A stretch of 32,000 bases of DNA, taken from the sequence record CP021234.1. One strand, given 5' to 3'. Shown here piece after piece: positions 1 to 8,299 of this stretch. The notes beneath the pieces were generated by a model. That model saw only the letters and a program-made list of their open reading frames with translations, did not search any database and was not told the DNA's origin. Made by a program: the position numbers and the translations under genes. The stretch's first letter is position 1, and each line of letters starts with the position of its first letter.

Positions 1-982
1 CGATAGTTAAATGCTCTTTAGCACCTATCATCATAGCAACCTTTTTAAAATCTGCAAAATCTAAACTTTTTACACCTTGTATAGGGTACTTTTCAAAAAA
101 AGGAATAATTACTTCAATTAACTCAGAAGTTTTTGTAATTGCAAGACTTACAGTGTTATCAGATTTAGATACATACTGATTTTCCTGGTTAAGCATTCCT
201 TTAACTACAGTACTTGTTTTGTTTAAAGTATTAAAGTAAATAACCAAACCTTTAAGAACTTCAGCATCTCTAATATTAAGATTAATTGAAAATCTTAATG
301 AGACTCTGTGACTTACATTAGTATCTGATTTCTTAAGATTTAAATGGAAAGAACCGTCACCACTTGTAAAACCAGCTATCCAATAAGGATTAGGTATACC
401 ATTAAATTTATATTCTGGTCTATCTACAAAGGTTACGTTTGGAAAAGCTTTTTTTAAACTATCAGAAAGACCCCAATTAAGAGAACTTTTTAAACCGATT
501 AAACTAAAAAGACCCTTTTCAGTTAAATGTAATCTCTGCTTAATGATTTCAAAACATTGTTTAAAGATTAAAAAATCAGAAGCTTTTTCAGTTACAAGAG
601 GATATTTATTAAAATGATCTACAATTACTTGTAATTCCTTAATTGATTCAACTACGTATAGTATTGAATTTTGTCCATTTTTTCTTATTTTCCCTATCAT
701 TAAAGTGTTTTTAATTAGTTCTAATATTGCAATATCCTTAATATGCAGTTTTATTACAAAAAGAGGAGAGATTCTCCATTTTAATTTTGATTTGGCGTCG
801 GGTTTTATTGCAAAGGAGAAACACCCTTCAGCATCGGCAAAACCAGTAATAAACCATGGGTTTAATTTATTATTTAGACTGGATTTACTTAAAGTAGAAT
901 AATATTGTTTATTTAATTGTTTAGAAGGGATTTTGATTTGATAGTTTCTTTCGAAACCCATTAGAGTATACCTTAATTGCAT
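1..982 (-). CDS. LAGLIDADG homing endonuclease, intron-encoded; C-terminus lies outside the window
   Basis: I translated it by hand from the ATG at 980-982 down to position 1 with no stop. It begins MQLRYTLMGFERNYQIKIPSKQLN.. and has the motifs PWFITGFADAEGCF and YWIAGFTSGDGSF. It is missing from the ORF track, presumably because it has no in-window stop. Confidence 0.85.
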   Translation of the reverse strand, partial: MQLRYTLMGFERNYQIKIPSKQLNKQYYSTLSKSSLNNKLNPWFITGFADAEGCFSFAIKPDAKSKLKWRISPLFVIKLHIKDIAILELIKNTLMIGKIRKNGQNSILYVVESIKELQVIVDHFNKYPLVTEKASDFLIFKQCFEIIKQRLHLTEKGLFSLIGLKSSLNWGLSDSLKKAFPNVTFVDRPEYKFNGIPNPYWIAGFTSGDGSFHLNLKKSDTNVSHRVSLRFSINLNIRDAEVLKGLVIYFNTLNKTSTVVKGMLNQENQYVSKSDNTVSLAITKTSELIEVIIPFFEKYPIQGVKSLDFADFKKVAMMIGAKEHLTI

Positions 983-1217
983 TGGCTTTATGCAATAACC
1001 ACCGTCTACTCGTTGCTCTTTTACAGAATTATTAAAATTCTGACTTAGATCCGCGATAACCCATTTCACTTTCGTTCATCTCCTGACTTGTTACCTTACA
1101 TGGGTAATTATTCCATCCACTTATAGCCTTTCGACTATAGCTTGGTATCAGGAGCTTTAGGGTGTCCCCGGAGTTTGATGGTTTTACCCACTTATGTGTT
1201 TTCCCAGAACACAATGC
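1..1217 (-). mobile_element. Group I intron in rnl (intron C), 5' part only; it runs off the window
   Basis: The sequence after GGAACTCGGCAAGTTCTCCT switches to an intron 5' segment nearly identical to that of intron A (..GGGAAAACAC..TCAAACTCCGGGGACACCCTAAAGC..AGCTATAGTCGAAAGGCTATAAGTGG..GAAATGGGTTATCGCGGATCTAAGTCAGAATT..). It carries a LAGLIDADG ORF. Confidence 0.65.
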
Positions 1218-2113
1218 AGGAGAACTTGCCGAGTTCCTTAACAACTTTTAGCTCTACGCCTTAGTATTCTCTACCTACGAACCTGTGTCGGTTTAGGGTA
1301 CGGTAGACTAAATTAATTTTATTTATAAAAAATTATAAAAATAAATTAAATTATAAAAACTTAATTTTCCTGGTCCATTAATTTACATATGGACTTTCAG
1401 TTATCTACTCATCAGCCAAAACTTTGGTTTTGGTCCTTAGAGGCCGCAATAACATAAGGCGGTATAACCTTTCCTTATAACCCTTTCGTATTCGGCGAGA
1501 AGTATTATAACTTCTTTTTACGTTACTCATGTCAGCATTATCTCTTCAGTTACCTAAAAACAATGAAACACTGTTTTATTTTAAGTTTTACTGAATGTTC
1601 TACTACCTATATTCTGAATAAAAATATTTTTTATGTATTCAAAATAAACACGATATCGGTTGATTATTTAGACCCGTTAAATTTTAGGCACAACATTCTA
1701 AGGGCTGCTACGTTGTTACATTACGGTCATTAAAAGATAGCTACTTCCAAGCTCACTTTACAGCTGCATTCAATATGTCATTTCCTTAATTTCACTTAAT
1801 AATCATTTGGGACCTTGTATTCGTGTTCTCGGCTGTTTCCGTCTTGACTACTCAACTTTCTCATGAGCAGTCTGAATATCTATCATCAATTTATGTCATT
1901 TCGAGTTTCTCTTCCATTGGTAAGATTTTCGAGGTCCCCTCAACCTAAACTTTAGTATTAGAAGTTAATAAACTTATATAAAAATATTTTGTTTATTCAC
2001 TGTCATAATCTTTGTTGGGAATTCAGTGCTGTACCACCATAAATTTTGTATAGATGTCATACTTACATATGTTTCGTAGAAAACCAGCTAGCACTAGGTC
2101 AGATTGGCATTTC
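1218..2113 (-). rRNA. rnl: rnl exon (central domains)
   Basis: Runs from GAAATGCCAATC..GCTAGCTGGTT to ..CCGACACAGGT..AAGGAACTCGGCAAGTTCTCCT. The roughly 896 nt length matches the E. coli interval of about 800-1690. Confidence 0.7.
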
Positions 2114-3610
2114 CAATATGTTAGCTATATCTTACAATATAGTTCAGACTATACTTTCAACTCTATTTTAACTTTAGGTTAATTTTTTATAAATTTGGCT
2201 AAATATTCTTCTTTACTTATTCTTCTATTAATACCTGAATTATTCATGTCCCAAGCTAAATCTACAATGGTTTGTAAATCATCATCATTTTTGTATCCTT
2301 TAGTTTTTATAAGTTTACATACCTCAATAAAAATTTCATATTGTTTTTGTTTTATGGTATTAAATTTTATGTCTCTAAAAACAGGTTCTATATTATTTAA
2401 AATATCATCAACAGTTTGTACTTGAAATCTAGCTGCATTTGATTTTAATTTATAAACAGAACCACATTTAAAGAATTGTTGTAATTCATTTAAAACTGAT
2501 AGCTCTGATAGTTCATGAATAACTGTAAAATTTACACCTATTCTTCTTCTATCTGATCTGAAAGACACATTAAAACTACCATCACCGTCTACCTCTCCTC
2601 TAATAAATTCCAAATTAACAGGTTCAGGTAAATTAATTTCAGGTAATTTTAATTCTGAAATTAAAGGTAGTTTACCATATTTTTGTCTTATTGTATTTAA
2701 AATAATTTCTTTAGATTCATTTGTTCTTAAGGTTGTCCCTGGATTCATAAAATAAGCTAAATCTAAAATTTGAAGTGTTCCTTCAACTGTTAGATGTTTT
2801 TTAGCTTTCATCATTAAAGAAACTTCTTTAAAAATTTGATAAGAGATTAATTTACTTCCATGTAAAGGATGCTTATCAAACAAAGGAATTAAAACTGAAA
2901 CTATTTCATCAATAGATGTTACCACTAATGTGACATTATTTCTATTTTTGTTTATTCTACCAATACCTAAATGATTGTGTAAAGCTTCAAACATTTCAAA
3001 TTCAGTATTAGATTGAGTGAAATTAAATAATGGTCTAGCTCTTATAGACAAACCCTTTGTTTTTCAAAACTGACAACAAAGCTTCCATCAGATTGAGTGA
3101 AACCTGCAATCCAATCTCCTGTAAAGTTATATTTTTTGTTCATTTTTATTATAGTTTAATTTTGTAATTTATTTTAAAATGTTTTACGCAGACTGACAAA
3201 TACTAGATACAGGATTAGCTTGCTCAAAATTAATCGTCACTGAGCCAGTTGGTAAAATCTTAAAAACCAATTTATATTTATTTTTAACCATGGTTAAATG
3301 AAACTTTAGAGTGCTAGCGTGTTGATTTAATTATGTAAATTAATAACATTTAGTTTAAAAATTATTAATCCTAATCAAATCCTAATTTTTCAATTAAGTC
3401 GTTACGGGGTTAATATCAAGCTATTCAAAAATAGGTAATTTAGTTAAATTACTAAATAAAATTGAATATATACTAAGTAGTATTGTTTCTAGAATGATAT
3501 AACTTCCCACGGTATTGCCTTTTATTTTTAATATGCCTAAATAAAAGATTTCCACCGTTATGAGCTAGTTTTTATTTTGAAAATCACTTTTCAAAGCGGC
3601 AAAATGTTCT
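2114..3610 (-). mobile_element. Group I intron in rnl (intron B) carrying a frameshifted LAGLIDADG ORF
   Basis: Removing it restores GGGAAGCGGT|GAAATGCCAATCTGACCTAGTGCTAGCTGG (compare E. coli GGCTGGGGGTGAAAGGCCAATCAAACCGGGAGATAGCTGG). The exon ends in T and the intron ends in G. Confidence 0.65.
2179..3143 (-). pseudogene. LAGLIDADG homing endonuclease, split by one frame break at an A5 run
   Basis: The ATG at 3143 opens MNKKYNFTGDWIAGFTQSDGSFVVSFEKQ (first LAGLIDADG motif), which stops at TAA 3042-3044. The rest (track ORF 2179-3051, second motif FIRGEVDGDGSF) lies in the -1 frame. The junction is at AAAAA 3060-3064. Confidence 0.8.
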
Positions 3611-3691
3611 ACCGCTTCCCAAAACTCTTCGGAGAATAATGCAACATTCACCCGTTCGATCCATTATAATCTGGTCTTGGGAAGATCACCT
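3611..3691 (-). rRNA. rnl: rnl internal exon (81 nt)
   Basis: AGGTGATCTTCCCAAGACCAG..GGATCGAACGGGTGAATGTTGCATTATTCTCCGAAGAGTTTTGGGAAGCGGT aligns by eye with E. coli GAGTGATCTAGCC..GGACCGAACCGACTAATGTTGAAAAATTAGCGGATGACTTGTGGCTGGGGGT. Confidence 0.65.
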
Positions 3692-4968
3692 CATGGAAGT
3701 CAAAATTTATCATGCAATTAATTTATTCTGTTGGTCTACCTTTATTCATTCCTCCTTTAATTGTTCGGATTAAATTTAAACCTTCAATTGTTAAATGTGA
3801 TCCATTGGTCATTAGTTTTGCTATTTTACACCAATCTAAAAAATCAGTTTGTTTTATACCAATAAGAGAATATAATTCAAAAAAAGGTATAACTTTTTCA
3901 ATGAGATGTGAAAATTTTACTATGACTAAAGTTACCGCTGGAAATTTAGTATGTTTTTCTATAACACCTGAACCGAAATATTTAATTAAAACCTCTATTA
4001 ATTTAGTATCTCTTTCATGCTGTGGTATTCTAAATCTTAATTGAACGGCATATCCCGTATTAGTTTTTGATCTATATATTTTTATATCAAAAGTACCCTC
4101 ACCATTTACAAATCCTGTTATCCATTGAGGATCCGGGATATTGTCGGTATTGATAAGGGCTCTGTTAACCGGAACAATGTTACTAAAATTTGATTTTACA
4201 ATTTGAGAGAGAGCTGTATTCATTGAGGCTTTTATATTAATTATTTGATTTAAACCTTCAATTGTAAGATGGACTTTATTGATTATTAGATCAACGATGG
4301 CTTTGAACAGTAAAAAATCTGCTGCTTTTTGAGTCAATAAAGGATATTTTAAAAAATGAGGTATTATAGTATTTGTTAAATCTTTAACACTAGATACTGA
4401 ATAAAAAACCATATTTCCACTTTTACCTATTGATCCAATGCCCCCGAAAAATTGCTGTACTTGTAACAATAAGGCTAAATCTCGTTTATGTAGTCCAATT
4501 TGAAATTTAGCTTGAACACGCCAACCCAGTGTACGTTTTTGATTTTGATCCGTCATTATAGTAAATGTACCTTCTGAGTCTGCAAGTCCTGTTACAAACC
4601 AATGGTTTAATCTATTATCAGAATGTAAAGTAGAGAAATAATTTAATTGTTTAGAAGGGTATTTGATTTGATAATTTCTTTCGAAACCCATTAGAGTATA
4701 CCTTAAGAGCATTTTTTTTGGATTTGGCTTTAATGCTCCAACTACCGTCTACTCGTTGCTCTTTTACAGGATATGTGTGCGAAACAAATTCTGACTTAGA
4801 TCCGCGATAACCCATTTCAGTTTCCATCATCTTATGGCTTATTACCGTACCCAGGTAATTATTCTGGCCACTTATAGCCTTTCGACTATAGCTTGGTACC
4901 ATAAGCTTTAGGGTGTCCCCGGAGTTTGATAGTTTAAGCCAAGTTAGTGTTTTCCCAAAACACTTATC
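3692..4968 (-). mobile_element. Group I intron in rnl (intron A) carrying a LAGLIDADG ORF
   Basis: Removing it restores GACCCGAAGCT|AGGTGATCTTCCC (compare E. coli GACCCGAAACCGAGTGATCTAGCC). The upstream exon ends in T and the intron ends in G, as in group I introns. It carries a double-motif LAGLIDADG ORF. Confidence 0.7.
3723..4712 (-). CDS. LAGLIDADG homing endonuclease (double motif), intron-encoded
   Basis: Intact 329-aa ORF with the motifs WFVTGLADSEGTF and WITGFVNGEGTF. The N-terminus LRYTLMGFERNYQIK is shared with the ORF at 1-982. Confidence 0.9.
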   Translation of the reverse strand: MLLRYTLMGFERNYQIKYPSKQLNYFSTLHSDNRLNHWFVTGLADSEGTFTIMTDQNQKRTLGWRVQAKFQIGLHKRDLALLLQVQQFFGGIGSIGKSGNMVFYSVSSVKDLTNTIIPHFLKYPLLTQKAADFLLFKAIVDLIINKVHLTIEGLNQIINIKASMNTALSQIVKSNFSNIVPVNRALINTDNIPDPQWITGFVNGEGTFDIKIYRSKTNTGYAVQLRFRIPQHERDTKLIEVLIKYFGSGVIEKHTKFPAVTLVIVKFSHLIEKVIPFFELYSLIGIKQTDFLDWCKIAKLMTNGSHLTIEGLNLIRTIKGGMNKGRPTE

Positions 4969-5810
4969 AGCTTCGGGTCTAATAGAAGTAACTTATCCAC
5001 CACTATTTCTAGAAAATAATAAACTTTAATGCTAGTTTAAAAATAAACTGAAACAATAAAGGATTATCCTATTTATAAGTTTATTTTATTTTTTATTTAA
5101 TAAAATATAAATAAATACACCCGCGTACGCGGAACAAAGAATAAATTTTAATAATTTAACTGATGACAGTTCTATTAATTTTTATTTTTGTGTTGCTAGT
5201 TAGTCCAGTCGCTTTCACTAAGGCTTTTAACCTTGCTACTCCTATTAACTTGCTGACCCATTATGCAAAAGGTACGCCGTCATTTATATAAATTTCGACT
5301 GCTTATAGAGTTACTAATTCAAGTCTATTTCATTATGTCTATTAATACATACTATTTCAACTTTTCCTTTACAGTACTTTTCACTATCGCTAAATTTATA
5401 ATACTTAGCCTTAGAGGATGGTTCCCCTATATTCCGACAAGTTTACTCTCATCGTACTTTTTATACTTAATATTAAAAATATTAAGAAATAACTTTAGAA
5501 ATCTACAGGACTTTTAAACCTTCTTTGGTAACATTTCAATTTTTAAATTTATTTTGGCTATTCCGATTTCACTCACCATTACTTTCGGAGTCTCGGTTGA
5601 TTTCCTTTCCTTTCCCTACTAAAATGATTTACTTCGGGAAGTTTGTATATTAAAGGTTTCCCTTAGGATCGCCACATTTTTTATTTATTAATTAAATATA
5701 GCATATTTAATTAACATGTGGCTTTTGGTATATAACCTCCTTTTGTTTATAAATTTGCTAGTTATCCTTAATAACCCCTTTGAAATACTTTTTGATGTTA
5801 GAACTATATT
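4969..5810 (-). rRNA. rnl: rnl exon (5' domain region)
   Basis: About 840 nt of continuous 23S-like sequence ending at GACCCGAAGCT. The length matches E. coli 23S positions 1 to about 780, with no room for another intron. Confidence 0.75.
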
Positions 5811-5916
5811 GTCATCGATACTTTTATTATTAAAATAAAACAAAATTTTTAATTATATATTTTTTTTTTATTAATATTATAACTATAAAATTTATGTTCT
5901 CAGTTAATTAATTACA

Positions 5917-6040
5917 TACGCGGACCACGGACCACTACCCCTACTATCACGTATCACTTAGTGGTCGGGTCTAAGCGGGACCATGTTTGGAGACGTGACC
6001 ACTTACTGAGTAAGTGAGTGATTGAGCGAGACGCGAGGGA
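5917..6040. repeat. GC-rich modular element (cluster)
   Basis: A GC island in AT-rich DNA. It contains CCATGTTTGGAGACGTG (5981-5997, a near-copy of 26972-26988), a CTAAGCG core and GTGAGTGATTGAG modules. It truncates the dpo relic. Confidence 0.8.
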
Positions 6041-6860
6041 ATAAGTAAACCAAGAATAAGCTTTTTTACCATCATACATTGAATAAAGAGATGGTACATG
6101 AACATTATTTCTATCTAATAAAGTTTCAATATCAAATGTAATCATTTTTGTTTTACTTTTGGTTTGAGCTTTTAATCTTTTAATGAATTTAGTATTAACT
6201 TCACTAGTGATTAAAATAATTTTCTGATCATTTTTAATATAATATGTATTAGAATTAATTTTTCTTGTAAACGTTGAGGTATTAAAGTCTGATTCGTTAA
6301 TTGTAATTAATAATTAACCATTTTTCATTACTTCAATTCTATCTGAATATACAAAATATAAAAATTCTTGTGATCTTACAATCATTAATGAAGATGTTTT
6401 AGCTAATACTCTTCCCCAAGTTGAATATTCTCTATTCATGGGTAATTTATATTCACCCCCCGAAGGGGCTAATGTAATTGATTCGGTGAAGGGTTTAAGT
6501 TCGGTCCATTTATCAATATAATATTGTTCACGATCTTCATCAATTTTGAAAAAGTTAAATATTACTTTATTGTAATTAGTAGGATCATAATCATTTGATC
6601 TAATTGAAATTAAATCTTAATATATTCTATATATTCAGTTTTTAATTTTTTAGTTATAACTATCCCTTTGTGTAGAGTTCTGATTTGTCCATTATTAAAT
6701 TGGATTCGTAACAGTAAAAAAATATTTGTTATTTCTTTTTAAGTATTTAAAGGAAATTATTTACTATTTCAATTATTAATTGAAATGTTGGTGCTAATGT
6801 TAATTCAAAGGAGATTTCATAAAATCCATGATGATTATTTAAATTTTCTATTATTTTCAT
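5954..6860 (-). pseudogene. dpo: Relic of a protein-primed family B DNA polymerase (linear-plasmid type): N-terminal part only, with several frame breaks
   Basis: ..KSKTKMITFDIETLLDRNNVHVPSLYSMYDGKK carries the ExoI motif FDIET. Upstream pieces (..FKIDEDREQYYIDKWTELKPF.., ..YSTWGRVLAKTSS..) lie in other frames. Downstream of codon ~28 the reading frame runs into GC cluster 5917-6040. No polymerase motifs follow. Confidence 0.7.
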
Positions 6861-6872
6861 TATTTTTATTCT

Positions 6873-6965
6873 ACACCAGCCCGCCGCCTGGCACCCAGAG
6901 TTGAGAAAGAGTTACGGAAGGGTCTAGAGACGCCGTGTTATATACCCTGGCCCCGAGTGGAAGGT
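6873..6965. repeat. GC-rich cluster
   Basis: CCAGCCCGCCGCCTGGCACCC..GACGCCGTG..CCCTGGCCCCGAGTGG island immediately upstream of the dpo relic. Confidence 0.7.
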
Positions 6966-7214
6966 AAGTATTAAAATTAGATCTAGTAAAATCAGTATAA
7001 CTAAAAATGATAAACCTTTACTCGGTAATAATTATAATCCTTTAATAGAAATGGGGAGAAGACTTAGAAGTTTAACAGTCTTTTTAATTATATTATTAAG
7101 GGGTGGGGTTAATTAAAAATATAATAATAATATTGCTTCCACTAGACAGGACAGCAGCAGCAGACTCTAAAAATAATGTAACGATATCCTGAAAGAAAAT
7201 CAGAATAACAAAAA

Positions 7215-7628
7215 TTAACTTAAATAGAAAAAAATATCTATGCTAATCATACTAATTATTACAAGAAATATTATTGTTATATCCATAATAAAATAATAAT
7301 TCTGGAATTTTCTTCTTATCTCGAAATATTTTTTAAATTTTGGATATTTAGTTTCTAAATTAAATTTTTTAATGAAATAATCTGAATAAAATATTCCTAT
7401 AATAGAACAAATAGAAAAAAATATAGCCATTAATCCTAAAATATGTGTAATAGCAATTTGTTCATGTAAACCAAAAGAAGTTAAATAATTTAGTAAATCA
7501 GAAAATAAATTTATTGAATTAAATGAATTACCTCCTTTAGAATTACAATATTTTTCTATGATTTCATTTAAACCATTAAGATTAGAACTAGCAATTTGAA
7601 ATATGTCGTGTATGCTATTTCCATTTTT
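7215..7628 (-). CDS. C-terminal half of the TM/coiled-coil/TM ORF family, copy 1 (2 predicted TM segments, motif KKFNLETKYPKF)
   Basis: This frame is open from 7628 to the stop at 7215 (138 codons). ..NGLNEIIEKYCNSKGGNSF..IIGIFYSDYFIKKFNLETKYPKFKKYFEIRRKFQNYY.. aligns with ORF 16456-16839 (..VQKVIEKYTKGGKDGNN..ILGIFFGNEIIKYFDLENKYPKLYTFFKVRAMFQRYY..). Confidence 0.6.
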   Translation of the reverse strand, partial: KNGNSIHDIFQIASSNLNGLNEIIEKYCNSKGGNSFNSINLFSDLLNYLTSFGLHEQIAITHILGLMAIFFSICSIIGIFYSDYFIKKFNLETKYPKFKKYFEIRRKFQNYYFIMDITIIFLVIISMISIDIFFYLS

Positions 7629-8005
7629 TTACATTCTGATAAAACTCGGCTAACATTTTCATCATTACAATTTTTAGTAGCCTCTAATAAAGAATTATGT
7701 AGTTCATTTTGTTTCTGAATTTTAGCTTGTAAATTATCAAATGAATTTTGTGTAATTTGATATTGTGTTTGAAATTCTCTAACATCTTCTATTTTATCTC
7801 CATGTTGTTCCATTAATTTTGCAAATTTTTCGTTTTGTGATTGTAGAATATCTTTTTGATTTTGTAGTAGAGCTTTTTGCGTGTCATTATATTGATTAAA
7901 ATTTTCCGCATCTTGCCCTGAATAAGTAAGATATAAACCATAGATTCCAATTCCATAACTAAGTATAGAAAGAATTTTATTACTTAAACTAGTACCTTTT
8001 CTCAT
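7568..8005 (-). CDS. N-terminal half of the family, copy 1: one TM segment followed by a Q/N/E-rich coiled-coil-like region
   Basis: 145-aa ORF starting at ATG. The N-terminus NKILSILSYGIGIYGLYLTY resembles IKQILTVLGGGGVLVLC at 17130-17180. It joins the 7215-7628 frame by a -1 shift in the A7 run at 7624-7630. Confidence 0.55.
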   Translation of the reverse strand: MRKGTSLSNKILSILSYGIGIYGLYLTYSGQDAENFNQYNDTQKALLQNQKDILQSQNEKFAKLMEQHGDKIEDVREFQTQYQITQNSFDNLQAKIQKQNELHNSLLEATKNCNDENVSRVLSECKKMEIAYTTYFKLLVLILMV

Positions 8006-8030
8006 ATTTATTTTTATTTATTTATTTTTT

Positions 8031-8212
8031 ACATTTAATAACGAAAGCTAAAGGATTAAGTTAATCATTTAGCTACTTAATAAGTCATTTTGTTAGTAAT
8101 ATACGTACGTTTTACTCTCTGTTACAAATGTTTAATATAAAGAATAGTATTTATATTTGAATATTAAGCTAAAATTCCTAATGCGAAAGAGTAGATACTA
8201 AATATCAAAGAA
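8031..8212 (-). promoter_or_regulatory. About 185-nt leader repeat, copy 1 (a paralogue of the rps3 upstream region)
   Basis: ACATTTAATAACGAAAGCTAAAGGATTA..ATATACGTACGTTTTACTCTCT..GTTTAATATAA..ATATTTGAATATTAAGCTAAAAT.CCTAATG.GAAAGAGTAGATACTAA.TATCAAAGAA aligns with 22686-22879 at roughly 80-85 percent identity by eye. It ends about 25 nt upstream of the ATG at 8005. Confidence 0.7.
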
Positions 8213-8299
8213 AGCTATTAATAGTTGTTTATCGGTCCCACGTTACAGATCGTGAGCGAGACATATTCAAACGGGTATTAAAGTTTCTTTATTAGGATA

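Larger units (their letters stand above)
1..5810 (-). rRNA. rnl: Mitochondrial large-subunit rRNA, 5' about two-thirds, interrupted by at least three group I introns. The gene continues beyond the window start.
   Basis: The minus strand carries conserved 23S blocks in the correct order: GGGGAACCATCCTCTAAGGCTAAG (5404-5427), GGCGTACCTTTTGCATAATGGGTCAGC (5252-5278), GACCCGAAGCT (4969-4979), GCTAGCTGGTTTTCTACGAAA (2072-2092), AAACCGACACAGGT..GGTAGAGAATACTAAGGCG (1257-1294) and AAGGAACTCGGCAA (1226-1239). The 5' end near 5700-5810 is only approximate. Confidence 0.9.

Noticed and set aside
705-902. Plus-strand ORFs antisense to real genes: 705-902, 2195-2425, 3712-4044, 13645-13833, 15439-15624, 16010-16285, 29697-29888 and 30516-30719.
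   Set aside because: Each lies entirely inside a well-supported minus-strand ORF. They are short, low-complexity and have no recognisable motifs.
1032-1244. Track ORF (70 aa) on the minus strand upstream of the LAGLIDADG ORF in rnl intron C, together with its twin at 4651-4902.
   Set aside because: These are not independent genes. Both translate the conserved intron 5' segment (..EMGYRGSKSEF..). They look like out-of-frame remnants of the N-terminal extension of the endonuclease ORFs, and the 5' part of 1032-1244 even reads across the rnl exon-intron junction.
5263-5517. Plus-strand 84-aa ORF.
   Set aside because: It lies inside conserved rnl exon sequence (the GGGGAACCATCCTCTAAGGC block is on the opposite strand).
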